NCBI GenBank assembly: GCA_021792335.1
Contig: JAJYUW010000001.1
Coordinates: 16,306 to 80,305 of the forward strand
Origin: Pseudomonadota bacterium
GTDB taxonomy: Bacteria; Pseudomonadota; Gammaproteobacteria; Burkholderiales; Sulfuricellaceae
Reading direction: 5' to 3'
Length of the DNA stretch: 64,000 nt
The translations under genes and the position numbers were made by a program. The notes below the pieces were generated by a model. That model was not told the DNA's origin and made no database searches. It saw only the letters and a list, made by a program, of their open reading frames with translations. Of the stretch, positions 17,079-26,896 are shown in pieces. Positions within the stretch are counted from its first letter, which is position 1, and each line of letters opens with the position of its first letter.

Positions 17079-17420
17079 ATGGGATTTGTTGTGATGGGTA
17101 GCGAGCGCACTTCATTTGAGGTAACCCAAAGGCTGAGGCGACTCTGGATTGCCGTTCTTCATCAGGCAATCGAAGACGCGAGGGGCAGCGTTAAGTCAGT
17201 CGAAAATCAGGACAACAGAATTGGCGGTAATCAGCGGGAAGCCTTGACGTGGATTTTTAACGGCATTCCTAGCGCGGCCAATTCATTCGATTCGATCTGC
17301 CTCCTGCTGGATATTGATCCGGATTGGGCGCGTCATCGCCTTCGTCTCGTGCCGGGGATTCGGCGCGGCCTCGACAGCGCCGGATTGCAAGCCTGGCGAG
17401 GGGAGGCTGATCCTTGTTAA
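17079..17420 (+). CDS. Hypothetical protein
   Basis: Fills the gap between peptidase and traI; 'RRLWIAVLHQAIEDA...SFDSICLLLDIDP'. Confidence 0.65.
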   Translation: MGFVVMGSERTSFEVTQRLRRLWIAVLHQAIEDARGSVKSVENQDNRIGGNQREALTWIFNGIPSAANSFDSICLLLDIDPDWARHRLRLVPGIRRGLDSAGLQAWRGEADPC

Positions 17421-19462
17421 GTTTCTTCAGGAAAGCGATTCGCCTTGACGGTGAAAGTCGGGAGCCTGCTGCGATACCTGCCGCGAGTGTTTGCGTGCAG
17501 GAAGAAAACGACGAGGAGATTCCGCGCTATCCGCCGTTCATGAAGGGGCTGCCTGCAACAGACCCGGCGAAGCTCATCGAGACACAGCGGGAACTGGTTG
17601 ACCAGATTCGCGAGGCAGCGTTTGCTACTTCCGAAGTTTTCGAGCAGTTCTATCTGGAGTCTCTGCGCCGATTTGCCTGTTACGCGCATCTTCTGCCGGC
17701 AAGCCAGACGCATCATCACAGGGGAGCAGGGGGCCTGCTTCGCCACACGGCAGAGGTCGCCTTGTGGTCGCTCCAGTCAGGTAGCCGAGTGCTGTTGCCA
17801 GGAGAACAGGCGCCGCGAAGACGCAGGGAACTGGAGCCGCGCTGGCATCTTGCCGTATTTCTCTCCGCGCTTTGTCATGACGTAGGAAAGCCAGTGACTG
17901 ATCTTGTCGTTACCAGCAGAGATGGAGGCAAGATTTGGAACCCATACGCGGAAGACCTGTACGCTTGGGCCAACAGGCATGGCGTGGATCGCTACTTTTT
18001 GCAATGGCGCGAAAATCGCGGCAAGAAGCATACGGTCGTTTCCCCGCTGATTGCGGAGCGCATTGTCGGGAAGAATGTCATTGCCTGGATTTCAGAGGGC
18101 GGTAACGAACTTGTGCCCTGGATGCTGGAGACAATCAACGGTCACCCCAGCACCGAGAATCCGATTCACGATCTGGTTATTCGATCAGATCAGGCCAGTG
18201 TCGAACGAGACCTGCGCAGTCTCGGAGTTGCGTTTGCCGATTACGAGATCGGCCTGCCGGTGGAGCGATTTCTCGTGGACATCATGCGCAGGTTGGTACG
18301 GGATGGCACATGGAGGATCAACGATCCCGGCTCACGTCTCTGGCACATGGATGGGCATCTTTACCTGATCTGGCCAATCGCCGGTGAAGAAATCGCCGCC
18401 GTCATCAATCAGGAAAAAATTCCGGGGATGCCGAGAACTCCAAACAGCATTCTTGAAATGCTCGTTGACCGGAAGCTGGCGAATATCCGGGAGGATCAGG
18501 TTGAAGGAAATCGCTGCTGGGGGATCGCTCCCGCCGTGCTGGCAGAGCGGATACCAAATATCAGGCTGACCGCTATCAGGTTGCGCGATACGGCGATGAT
18601 TATTGATCCCGCTCCGCCGTCAGTTCACGGAAAAGTTCTCGATCTGGAGGATCAGGTAAAAGCGCAGCCTGTTATCCATGAGCCAAAATTGCCGACTGCG
18701 GCTGAGCCGCCGGTCTCATCGCCACCCAGCCAGAAGACTCCCGATAAGCCCGAAAAAGTGATTGCCTCCATGCCAGCTCAGATTCTTCAACTCGATGGCC
18801 CCGTCGGTGACGCATTGAAAGCACTGGCCGAAGACATTCAGTCCGCCAAGAAGCCCGCCGCTAGCTTGGTTCATATTGATTCCTCCGGCGTGCCTTGCCT
18901 CAAGTGGCCTGATGCGCTGAAGGGCTACGGCATGGAGAGCAAAGCCATCCTGGACGAACTGTCACACCGGAACTGGCTGGTGCTTGATCCGATGTCACCC
19001 TTCCGCAAGGTTGTAGAGATCGAGTCCGGGAGTGGAGGCAAATGGAAGGTGATCCGGCTTCAACCTGCGGTGATGCAGCTTATGGGGATTGGGAAGCAGA
19101 AGTCAGATCCGGCTCCTCAACCAGCGCCATCCAGCAAACCAGCACAACAGCAGCAATCAAGTCAGGTCGTAACTGAGAAGGCTGGTGAAGATACACGGCT
19201 CGAAGTGATACAAAGTATCATTGCCACATTGCGCGAGGGGATGAGAGAGGGCATCCTGCCGTCGGAGCCGGATGGCAACTTCGTCTGGATACCGTCGCGT
19301 AAAGCCGAACCATTGTTGATAGAGAAACTCACATTGACCCGGATGAAAATAATGCGTTTGAGCGGCGTGGTTCCCGACGTATTTATATCCCAGAACCGGG
19401 GGAAAACTCATTGCTATCGAATACCAACTTTGCCTTTAACGAATAAAGCACCAGAACGATGA
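17414..19462 (+). CDS. traI: MobH-family relaxase TraI
   Basis: 'LPASQTHHHRGAGGLLRH' and HD motif 'LCHDVGKP'. Confidence 0.92.
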   Translation: MLSFFRKAIRLDGESREPAAIPAASVCVQEENDEEIPRYPPFMKGLPATDPAKLIETQRELVDQIREAAFATSEVFEQFYLESLRRFACYAHLLPASQTHHHRGAGGLLRHTAEVALWSLQSGSRVLLPGEQAPRRRRELEPRWHLAVFLSALCHDVGKPVTDLVVTSRDGGKIWNPYAEDLYAWANRHGVDRYFLQWRENRGKKHTVVSPLIAERIVGKNVIAWISEGGNELVPWMLETINGHPSTENPIHDLVIRSDQASVERDLRSLGVAFADYEIGLPVERFLVDIMRRLVRDGTWRINDPGSRLWHMDGHLYLIWPIAGEEIAAVINQEKIPGMPRTPNSILEMLVDRKLANIREDQVEGNRCWGIAPAVLAERIPNIRLTAIRLRDTAMIIDPAPPSVHGKVLDLEDQVKAQPVIHEPKLPTAAEPPVSSPPSQKTPDKPEKVIASMPAQILQLDGPVGDALKALAEDIQSAKKPAASLVHIDSSGVPCLKWPDALKGYGMESKAILDELSHRNWLVLDPMSPFRKVVEIESGSGGKWKVIRLQPAVMQLMGIGKQKSDPAPQPAPSSKPAQQQQSSQVVTEKAGEDTRLEVIQSIIATLREGMREGILPSEPDGNFVWIPSRKAEPLLIEKLTLTRMKIMRLSGVVPDVFISQNRGKTHCYRIPTLPLTNKAPER

Positions 19463-20301
19463 ATACGTTGCAGCGAGCAGAGGTTAAGCGCTTTCTCATC
19501 AGTGGCAACCACAACAACTTATTCGAGGTGTGGCCCGGGGGTACGCTCATGGAGCGTTCAGTTAATGGCAATGCCGCGCTGCGTCGCGCACTCATTGTGG
19601 AAGTGTTGAAGCGAACGGGGCATGCCGTCGTGCCAGAAATACTGAAGAACTCAGGCCACGATGCATGGGCGCGTGCAAAGTTTACACCTATGGTGCGAGG
19701 GTTATTCCCGAAATGCGAGCACGAAATTATCCTCGGCATGCTTGAGTGCTCTGTCGTTTTTTTAACGCCAAAGACGATAGCCACTGTTCTCGAGAAAACC
19801 CAGTGGCTCAGGACTGCATGGGATCTGTCGAACCTTTACCTAGCCAGCTTTGATGTGATGCCCCTCTCTAGGGAAGGGCAAGAAATTGCAGGTCTGAGCG
19901 AAGGAACGACTTGCTACATAGCGGCTGACTATTTCAGCATCACTGATCCATTCCTGGATTACGTGGTTCACGAAGCTGCCCACATCTTTCACAACTGCAA
20001 GCGAAAAACCCTCGGACTGCCCGCGACCCGTAGCCGCGAGTGGCTGCTTGAGATCGATTTTTCTAAACGCGAAACATTCGCCTATGCCTGTGAAACTTAC
20101 AACCAAATTATCGAACGTGGCGAAACCCGGTCAGATCGTGACAGACTTTTATCAGAGCTTGAAGATAGGCCGGTTATTTGGGACGAGCGTGTAGATATCC
20201 CTGAATATATCGATATTCTTCGAGAGGCCGTTGCAGTCAGAAATGGTTGGAAGCGGATACTTGAGCGGTGCTCTCCTCTAAGGCCTACCCGTCGCGATTA
20301 A
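19459..20301 (+). CDS. Hypothetical protein with HExxH (zincin-like) motif
   Basis: 'YVVHEAAHIFH' and downstream 'RETFAYACE'. Confidence 0.7.
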   Translation: MNTLQRAEVKRFLISGNHNNLFEVWPGGTLMERSVNGNAALRRALIVEVLKRTGHAVVPEILKNSGHDAWARAKFTPMVRGLFPKCEHEIILGMLECSVVFLTPKTIATVLEKTQWLRTAWDLSNLYLASFDVMPLSREGQEIAGLSEGTTCYIAADYFSITDPFLDYVVHEAAHIFHNCKRKTLGLPATRSREWLLEIDFSKRETFAYACETYNQIIERGETRSDRDRLLSELEDRPVIWDERVDIPEYIDILREAVAVRNGWKRILERCSPLRPTRRD

Positions 20302-20350
20302 CTTTGAACATTGAAGGCACGTCTGCGAATCTGATGTGACTTTCGGCATC

Positions 20351-20378
20351 GAAATGCGTCCTAAAAATTCGCATTTCA
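20351..20378 (+). promoter_or_regulatory. Candidate tra activator box, copy 2 (GAAATGCGTC-N9-CGCATTTC)
   Basis: Inverted repeat GAAATGCG/CGCATTTC; ends 39 bp before the traW ATG. Confidence 0.6.
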
Positions 20379-20416
20379 AAATCCATCGCTGATACCTAGC
20401 CCCCAGAATCGACCTC

Positions 20417-21040
20417 ATGTCGGTTCATTCCAAACTTTTTGCCACACTGCTTATCAGCCTGCTACCTATCGCACAGGCTGACGAGATTGGTATCGTTGGA
20501 CCAACCTACGACATTGCTGAACCCGACCTGCTGGAAGTCATCCAGTTACGCCTCAGTCAAATGGAGAAAAGCGGCGAGCTGGCCAAGAAGCAAGACGAAT
20601 ACCGAGATCGTGTCGTCGGCGCAGTAGAAAAGCCCAAACCTGTGCCCGGCATTAAGGCGACAGCAGTCAAGCGCACTTTCTACTACGACCCAACGATGGT
20701 TCTGGATCACGACATTCGAGGCGAGGACGGTTCAATTTTGTTCGCGCGCGGACTGAAGGTGAATCCGCTGGATCATGTTTCCCTTAGAGACGAACTCATT
20801 TTCTTTGATGGACGGGATCGTCGGCAAGTCACCTTTGTACAACGGACATTGCGAAAGCTCAATGGTGCGGCAAAGCCCATTATGGTCGCCGGTGAGCCAT
20901 TGAATCTGATGCGTGACTGGAAGCGCCGGGTTTTCTACGATCAAGGTGGGGCGCTGGTTCGACGGCTTGGCATCCATCAGATGCCGGCTGTCGTGACTCA
21001 AGACGGGAAGAGGTTGAGAGTTGATGAAGTCCGTCCGTGA
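20417..21040 (+). CDS. traW: TraW
   Basis: 'GPTYDIAEPDLL', 'FYYDPT', 'VNPLD', 'FYDQGGAL'. Confidence 0.92.
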   Translation: MSVHSKLFATLLISLLPIAQADEIGIVGPTYDIAEPDLLEVIQLRLSQMEKSGELAKKQDEYRDRVVGAVEKPKPVPGIKATAVKRTFYYDPTMVLDHDIRGEDGSILFARGLKVNPLDHVSLRDELIFFDGRDRRQVTFVQRTLRKLNGAAKPIMVAGEPLNLMRDWKRRVFYDQGGALVRRLGIHQMPAVVTQDGKRLRVDEVRP

Positions 21041-22037
21041 GTTAGCTCTCCATCTGATGCTGACAGTTGCCGTGCTGGGCGCGCAGCCGGTTTTCGCAAC
21101 GCCTACCTGCACGGGCAAGTTTGCCAATCCGATCACGGATATTTGCTGGAGCTGCATGCTGCCTATCAGGTTCGGCGGCCTTGATCTGCTATCAATGGAT
21201 CAAGAGGATACACCAAATCCAGGTGGTTCGCCCATTTGCGCTTGCCCCGCGCAGTTAAGGGTGGGGTTCAAGGTAAGTTTCTGGGAGCCGGTCAGGCTAG
21301 TAGATGTCGTTCGCCGTCCATTTTGTATGACGAGCCTCGGCGGCGTTGAACTCGATCCGGGGTTCGATGCGCCCCGTGGCGCGCGCAACCGGCAGGACAG
21401 CGCGGATGCAACATCGTTTTATCAGGTTCACTGGTATGTGGACCCGATCATTTTCTGGCTGGAAGCCATTTTCGACAACTCGTGCCTAGAGCAAAGCTCT
21501 TTTGATGTGGCCTATCTCACCGAACTCGACCCGATGTGGCACGACGATGAACTGACCTTTATCTTCAATCCCGATGTGGCGCTTTTCGGCAATCTGCCCG
21601 CCAAGGCTGCCTGCGCCGCCGACTGTGTGGCAGCAACGGCTGGATTCCCGCTGAACAGCCTGTTCTGGTGTGCCGGTTGTCAAGGCAGTCTTTATCCGCT
21701 CGATGGAAACGTGCAGGCCCATATCGGGGGCGTACAGGCATCCAGCCTGGAAATGACCCGGTTGATAGCGAAGATGCACAGGGAGGGGCTCATGTGGGCG
21801 GCATCCGGCGATGATGGACTGTGCGGTTACTACCCGCAGCCCATCATGGACAAGACTGGCTACAAGTACCAGATGCTCTATCCGATTCCCCAGACCGCAA
21901 AAATCGCCGGGAAGTGCTGCCAGCCATTGGGAAGATCAACCATTTTGTGGGGCGCGGGCAAAGAGTACCCGTTCGATGGCGAGGATTTCGCCTACATGAT
22001 TTTCCGGAAGCGGAATTGCTGTCAGGGAGCGTTCTGA
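21024..22037 (+). CDS. traU: TraU
   Basis: 'CTGKFANPITDICWSC', 'FWEPVR', 'YLTELDPMW', 'FRKRNCC'. Confidence 0.94.
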   Translation: MKSVRELALHLMLTVAVLGAQPVFATPTCTGKFANPITDICWSCMLPIRFGGLDLLSMDQEDTPNPGGSPICACPAQLRVGFKVSFWEPVRLVDVVRRPFCMTSLGGVELDPGFDAPRGARNRQDSADATSFYQVHWYVDPIIFWLEAIFDNSCLEQSSFDVAYLTELDPMWHDDELTFIFNPDVALFGNLPAKAACAADCVAATAGFPLNSLFWCAGCQGSLYPLDGNVQAHIGGVQASSLEMTRLIAKMHREGLMWAASGDDGLCGYYPQPIMDKTGYKYQMLYPIPQTAKIAGKCCQPLGRSTILWGAGKEYPFDGEDFAYMIFRKRNCCQGAF

Positions 22038-22038
22038 T

Positions 22039-22752
22039 ATGAGTCAGTGGGCAATCTGGCGGTTGTTGCTGCTATTCATGTGGGGCTGCATTGCGGGCTG
22101 TGTGGTGAATCCTGCCTTCGGTCAGGTGGTATTCCCTACAGACGTTGATATGCAAGCCGCAAAAAAACGAATGGCTGCGGCTTTGGCTGGAACGGCGACT
22201 CCGTTGACCGTCGGTATTTCCGGCGTGCCGGAAATACAATCCTTGCCCAAGCCAGCCGGTAAAAGCCCCGATATTGCCAAAATAGCGGAAGCCTTTAAGC
22301 ATGCACCGAGCAATCTCTCCGCGCCGATAGCCGACGTTCCAGAGTTGATGGTGTTCGTTTCATTCTCTCTGCCCAGAGAAACCTTGCAGCGGATCGTCTC
22401 CCAAGCGGAAAAGTCTGGCGCCGTACTTGTCCTGCGCGGTCTCAAGGGAAACTCTCTCACCCAAATGGGGGAGGAGATTGCGAAGTTGGTTGGCGACAGG
22501 AACGTCACGGCCATCATCCATCCCCCGGCATTCAAACAGTTCGATGTGAAACGGGTGCCATCTATGGTGCTGGCGCGGTCGGGGCAGGCATCGAAGATTG
22601 CTGAAGATGGCTGCGCACCTGCGACCAGTTTTATCAAGGTTGATGGCGATGTCACTCAGGAGTACGCGCTCGACCTCATCGAGCGGGAGGTTCCGGCGTG
22701 GGCGGATGCGGCACGCAGGTTTTCAGCAAAACTTTCCGGGCAACAGCCATGA
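22039..22752 (+). CDS. trbC: F-type pilin assembly protein TrbC
   Basis: 'VFVSFSLP', 'LVLRGL', 'IHPPAFKQFDVKRVP', 'GDVTQEYAL'. Confidence 0.88.
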   Translation: MSQWAIWRLLLLFMWGCIAGCVVNPAFGQVVFPTDVDMQAAKKRMAAALAGTATPLTVGISGVPEIQSLPKPAGKSPDIAKIAEAFKHAPSNLSAPIADVPELMVFVSFSLPRETLQRIVSQAEKSGAVLVLRGLKGNSLTQMGEEIAKLVGDRNVTAIIHPPAFKQFDVKRVPSMVLARSGQASKIAEDGCAPATSFIKVDGDVTQEYALDLIEREVPAWADAARRFSAKLSGQQP

Positions 22753-23948
22753 GACTCAAGCGCTGGTTGGCTATTGCGCTTTATGTCATCACCGGCAATG
22801 CCATGGCGCAGACGTATGATCCCGGCACCGCGTTCATTGATGGGGGATCGCTGGGTTCCGGGGCAATCAACAATGCTTTTCAGGGGGTAGGCAATGGAAC
22901 TGGCGCATCGGTTGTGCCTGGTTACGGACAGAACTCCACACAATCCCAATATTTCCAGAACGGGCAGGGGCAGCTCACCGGTCCTGGCACTGCCAAGATT
23001 ACCGATTGCTCCACCTTACCTTCCAATGCTGACCCGTACCTTCAACAGGAGTGTGATGCCGTCAATTTCGTGGCACGCAATCCTTCGGTGCGTCCGCCGT
23101 TCTCGATTGACCGCGCGAACGATCCGTTGATCACTAATGCCAACGCTATCGCCCGCAACCCGACCATGACCTTTACCGGGATAACGGCTGGCACCAGCAC
23201 CGAGCAGTGCAGGGTGGTGACGGATACCCAACCGGCGACCTTTGCTACGGAAACCTGCAACGACTACCACGAGGTTACCAGCAACTTTTGTTCGACCACG
23301 CGCCAAATTACGGTTGACCAGAATCACCTGTACCAATGTGTCGAGCAGATGCAAACCTTGAGCAACGCATCCTGCTTCATCGGGCAGCAGATCGCCGTCA
23401 ATACGAGCTACAACTACCAATGCAATCAGACGGTGCAAGGTTATGAAACTTTGAGTTGCCGGCGCGGTGTTTCTGCCACTGTTGGGTTTGGTCAATGCAC
23501 GCCCGGTGCATGGCTCGGTCGAGCCGCTTATGTTGATTGCCCAAGATGTCTCGATCCTTATATGGCGATGAACATCTTTTGCGGTGCAAATGGCGTCTCA
23601 TATGAGGTTGAGCCATACCGTTCTTCCGATGGCGTAAACCGATTCGACTACAACACGATAGGTTATCCATGGAATGGCAGCTATGGCCGCTTTCCTGTGG
23701 CGGTCGCACCCGGCCAATCTGTCACCGACTACTACGTCAGCAATCTGGGTTTTGGTTGCAATCTCTATGTCTATTTCAGCGTAAGTTGCAGCGCGACAAC
23801 CTGTATTCCTTCGATGCGCAACGTGAGTTCCGGTTGCAATTCTTCCGGCGGTACCGGTACGGGGGCGCCGCTGCAACTGCCGATGTCGAAGACTGTAAGC
23901 ACATGGACGTCCAACGAGTGCGTCACCTTGCAACAGCGGGCGCAGTAG
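22749..23948 (+). CDS. TraN N-terminal-like Cys-rich secreted protein (first half of a split traN)
   Basis: Signal peptide, 'PPFSIDRANDPL', many Cys; position after trbC. Confidence 0.7.
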   Translation: MRLKRWLAIALYVITGNAMAQTYDPGTAFIDGGSLGSGAINNAFQGVGNGTGASVVPGYGQNSTQSQYFQNGQGQLTGPGTAKITDCSTLPSNADPYLQQECDAVNFVARNPSVRPPFSIDRANDPLITNANAIARNPTMTFTGITAGTSTEQCRVVTDTQPATFATETCNDYHEVTSNFCSTTRQITVDQNHLYQCVEQMQTLSNASCFIGQQIAVNTSYNYQCNQTVQGYETLSCRRGVSATVGFGQCTPGAWLGRAAYVDCPRCLDPYMAMNIFCGANGVSYEVEPYRSSDGVNRFDYNTIGYPWNGSYGRFPVAVAPGQSVTDYYVSNLGFGCNLYVYFSVSCSATTCIPSMRNVSSGCNSSGGTGTGAPLQLPMSKTVSTWTSNECVTLQQRAQ

Positions 23949-23950
23949 TC

Positions 23951-26032
23951 ATGAAGGCGCTATCTTTTGTGATCTTGTTCGCCATGGTGCTTTGCAGCCG
24001 GGCAATCGCCGGTGACTGCCAGTTGGCGAGTTCTACATGCGTTGATACCACAGCCAGCAAAACGATTTCCGGTGTCACGGTGACGCTGGCCGATGTTGGC
24101 GGTTGCTGGGAATTTCAGGACAACTATACCTGCATCAAACCCAACGCCATTGATTACTGTTCCGCCTTGACTGCGGCAGGGTGCGGACAAATAGGTTCGA
24201 CCTGTAGCGATACCGCATTCAACGGCACCTGCAATACCTACACAAAAACTTTTCAGTGCGGCACCAATCAGGGAACGCCGACAAATACCATCCAGTTGAG
24301 CAACACCTACACGCTGGTCACCGATTCCAGCAACACCAGCCAGTGCAGCAGCTATTCTCAAAACTCACAGTGCCGACTGGCGGCTCATGCTTGTGTAGAT
24401 TCGACGCCGTGCAAGGTGGATACCAGCGGAGCCACAGTCTGTCTCGCCGGGGTAACGCCTCCGACTGGTGGGCTGAATTCGACGGCAAGCTGTTGGAGCT
24501 ATCAGGATGACTATTCCTGCATTACCGTCAACCATGTTGATTACTGCGCGGCGATCAAGGCGACCCAGGGTTGTGCGCTGGACAGTTCAACCTGCGATAG
24601 CACGGCCTTTAACGATTCCTGTAATCAATACACGCGACAGTACCAATGCACCAACGTGACGGCCTCGACGAGTCCGCCGACGGTGGTGGAGTTGAACACG
24701 TCCTACACCATCGTTTCCAACACCATAGACACCAGCGGATGCACTTCATTTGCGCAAAGCACCAACTGCGTCCAGGCAGCGCATACCTGCACCGATAGCA
24801 CGCCATGCAAGACCATCAATGGTTTGCAGGTGTGCCTGAGTACGGTTTCTCCATTGCCGGCCGGAGCGCAAAGCTCGGGCGATTCCTGCTGGGCTTGGTC
24901 GGAAGATTACACTTGCGCCTCAACCACGCTGACCAATGATTGCCAGGCGCTGATTGACCGTGGGTGTACTCAAGTTTCTACCCAATGCATCAACACGCTG
25001 CCATCGGGTGTGTGCGACATGAGCGAGCGAACCTATTCGTGCCAGACCTCGCCAGCAGTCCAGACACAGCACACGGTTTGCGATCAGAGCTCATTTTGTC
25101 AGGGTGGCATAGGTTGCTTCGATACCAGCAGCCCGCCCGATCAGGACTTCGGCAAGAGCATCGCTTCTATGGAAGCAGCACGGGAAGCCGGGGTGTATGG
25201 CGCGGATCAACGCTTGTTCAAAGGTGCCGGAGAACAGTGTCGCAAAAAACTCTTCGGTTTGGTGAACTGTTGCAAGAAGGGAGGGGGAGGCGCGGCCAGG
25301 AGCAACAACGTGCTGATGTCCACCATGATCCAGGGAGCCTTTGCTGGTGGACAACTGGCGATCAATGCGGGCAGCAAGTACATGTTCGACTTCATGTACC
25401 CCCAGTTTTCCGGCTACGTCGAAGCTGGGGCACAAGCCATGATTTCATCGGATGTGCTCTTCACGCCTACAAACTTTACGCCGTCGTTCAGCTTTTATGG
25501 AATGACGTTCTCCACTGGAGTAGTGAGCAGCGGGTTGCTTGGCGGCCCCGTCTATTCACTCGGGTCGCTGGGCAGTTTCAACCTGTACTTTGATCCGTAT
25601 TCACTGGCGGCTGCCGTGGCATTGCAACTACTCGCTGATCTTCTGTCGTGCGAGCAATCAGAACAACTTCTGGCGATGCACCGGGATGCCAATCTGTGCG
25701 TCCACATCGGATCCTTCTGCTCTTCACGGGTGCCCATTCTTGGTACATGCATCGAGGAGACCGAATCGTATTGCTGCTTCAACTCGCGTCTGGCCCGGAT
25801 TATCAACGAGCAGGGCAGGGGGCAAGTCGGCAAAGGCTGGGGTAGCGCCGAAGGGCCGGACTGTTCCGGATTCACCCCGGAAGAATTTCAACGGCTCGAT
25901 TTCTCCCGCATTGATATGAGCGAGTTCGTTCAGGAAATCACCGCCAGCGTGCGAGTGCCCAGTGCTTCGTCTTTCGGGCAGAACGTCCAGAGCACAGTCC
26001 AGCAACGCGTCAATAACTACTACAACCAATGA
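23951..26032 (+). CDS. traN: TraN (C-terminal conserved domain) with three internal Cys-rich repeats
   Basis: 'LFKGAGEQCRK...NCC', 'YCCFNSRLARIINEQGR.Q', 'CSGFTPEEFQRLDFSRIDMSEF'; own signal peptide from ATG 23951. Confidence 0.9.
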   Translation: MKALSFVILFAMVLCSRAIAGDCQLASSTCVDTTASKTISGVTVTLADVGGCWEFQDNYTCIKPNAIDYCSALTAAGCGQIGSTCSDTAFNGTCNTYTKTFQCGTNQGTPTNTIQLSNTYTLVTDSSNTSQCSSYSQNSQCRLAAHACVDSTPCKVDTSGATVCLAGVTPPTGGLNSTASCWSYQDDYSCITVNHVDYCAAIKATQGCALDSSTCDSTAFNDSCNQYTRQYQCTNVTASTSPPTVVELNTSYTIVSNTIDTSGCTSFAQSTNCVQAAHTCTDSTPCKTINGLQVCLSTVSPLPAGAQSSGDSCWAWSEDYTCASTTLTNDCQALIDRGCTQVSTQCINTLPSGVCDMSERTYSCQTSPAVQTQHTVCDQSSFCQGGIGCFDTSSPPDQDFGKSIASMEAAREAGVYGADQRLFKGAGEQCRKKLFGLVNCCKKGGGGAARSNNVLMSTMIQGAFAGGQLAINAGSKYMFDFMYPQFSGYVEAGAQAMISSDVLFTPTNFTPSFSFYGMTFSTGVVSSGLLGGPVYSLGSLGSFNLYFDPYSLAAAVALQLLADLLSCEQSEQLLAMHRDANLCVHIGSFCSSRVPILGTCIEETESYCCFNSRLARIINEQGRGQVGKGWGSAEGPDCSGFTPEEFQRLDFSRIDMSEFVQEITASVRVPSASSFGQNVQSTVQQRVNNYYNQ

Positions 26033-26445
26033 ATCGACTTTTGAACATACTCATCATGGCGCTCTGTTTTTTCGCTCTTCTCGGGAGCAAGGATATTCTT
26101 GCGGCGGATTTGAAGCAGTATCTGATCGCGGCGATTGATGCACCTAATGGTCAGTCCGATGGTGAATTGAGCGGCCCCATGGCTGAATTCTTCAAGGAGC
26201 AAACCCGCTCATCTGCCCCCGTGATAGTGCAGGTCAGGACGGTGAAGAAATTTGCAGCAGCAGGCTGCGCGCGCCTGCAAGCAACCTTGCTGCAAGATGC
26301 GGTACCGACACAGGATGGGAAGCTGATTCCGTTTGCGATCCGCTACGAACTCAATCTGTGCCGTGACGGGCAGCCGCCGACCGAGGGGGTTGATCTCGAC
26401 GCGGCATCACGAGCGCTTTCGCGTAATTCGCCCATTCAAAAATGA
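26029..26445 (+). CDS. Hypothetical exported protein
   Basis: Signal peptide, two Cys, ATGA-type overlap with traN. Confidence 0.7.
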   Translation: MNRLLNILIMALCFFALLGSKDILAADLKQYLIAAIDAPNGQSDGELSGPMAEFFKEQTRSSAPVIVQVRTVKKFAAAGCARLQATLLQDAVPTQDGKLIPFAIRYELNLCRDGQPPTEGVDLDAASRALSRNSPIQK

Positions 26446-26490
26446 GATAAGATTCACTTTTCTATAAACAACCAACCGGGGAGAAATTCA

Positions 26491-26787
26491 ATGAACAAAT
26501 CCGAACTGATTGAAGTGCTGGCTACCAAAGCCGATCTGTCCAAGGCTGCCGCTGGCCGTGCCTTGGATGTGCTGGTTAACGAGATTGTGACGGCTGTTGC
26601 CAAGGGCGATTCGGTAGCTCTGGTTGGCTTCGGCACGTTCAAGTCGGCAGCGCGCGCAGCACGCGAAGGCAAGAACCCGAGAACCGGCGAGAAACTCAAG
26701 ATTGCGGCGACGACGGTCCCCAAGTTTTCTGCCGGTGCCACCTTCAAGCAGGCGGTTGCCAGCAAGGGTAAGGCCAAGAAGAAATAA
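26491..26787 (+). CDS. HU-family DNA-binding protein
   Basis: 'MNKSELI', 'LVGFGTF', 'RAAREGKNPRTGE'. Confidence 0.95.
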   Translation: MNKSELIEVLATKADLSKAAAGRALDVLVNEIVTAVAKGDSVALVGFGTFKSAARAAREGKNPRTGEKLKIAATTVPKFSAGATFKQAVASKGKAKKK

Positions 26788-26819
26788 GCAGCCACGGGAG
26801 ATACCTGGCTGGAATAATC

Positions 26820-26879
26820 AACGAGCGTTTAGTTTTTCTTGCATTTAAGGGCAATGCAAGGCAAAATTCAACGCTCGTT
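26820..26879 (+). promoter_or_regulatory. hipBA promoter with two palindromic operators
   Basis: AACGAGCGTT (26820) and AACGCTCGTT (26870) flank TTGCAT-N17-CAAAAT. Confidence 0.6.
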
Positions 26880-26896
26880 TATCTTTTGGGGGTCTT

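Noticed and set aside
23669-23950. Upstream extension of traN suggesting a frameshifted single gene
   Set aside because: ATG 23951 begins a clean signal peptide, and the first ORF stays Cys-patterned to its own stop
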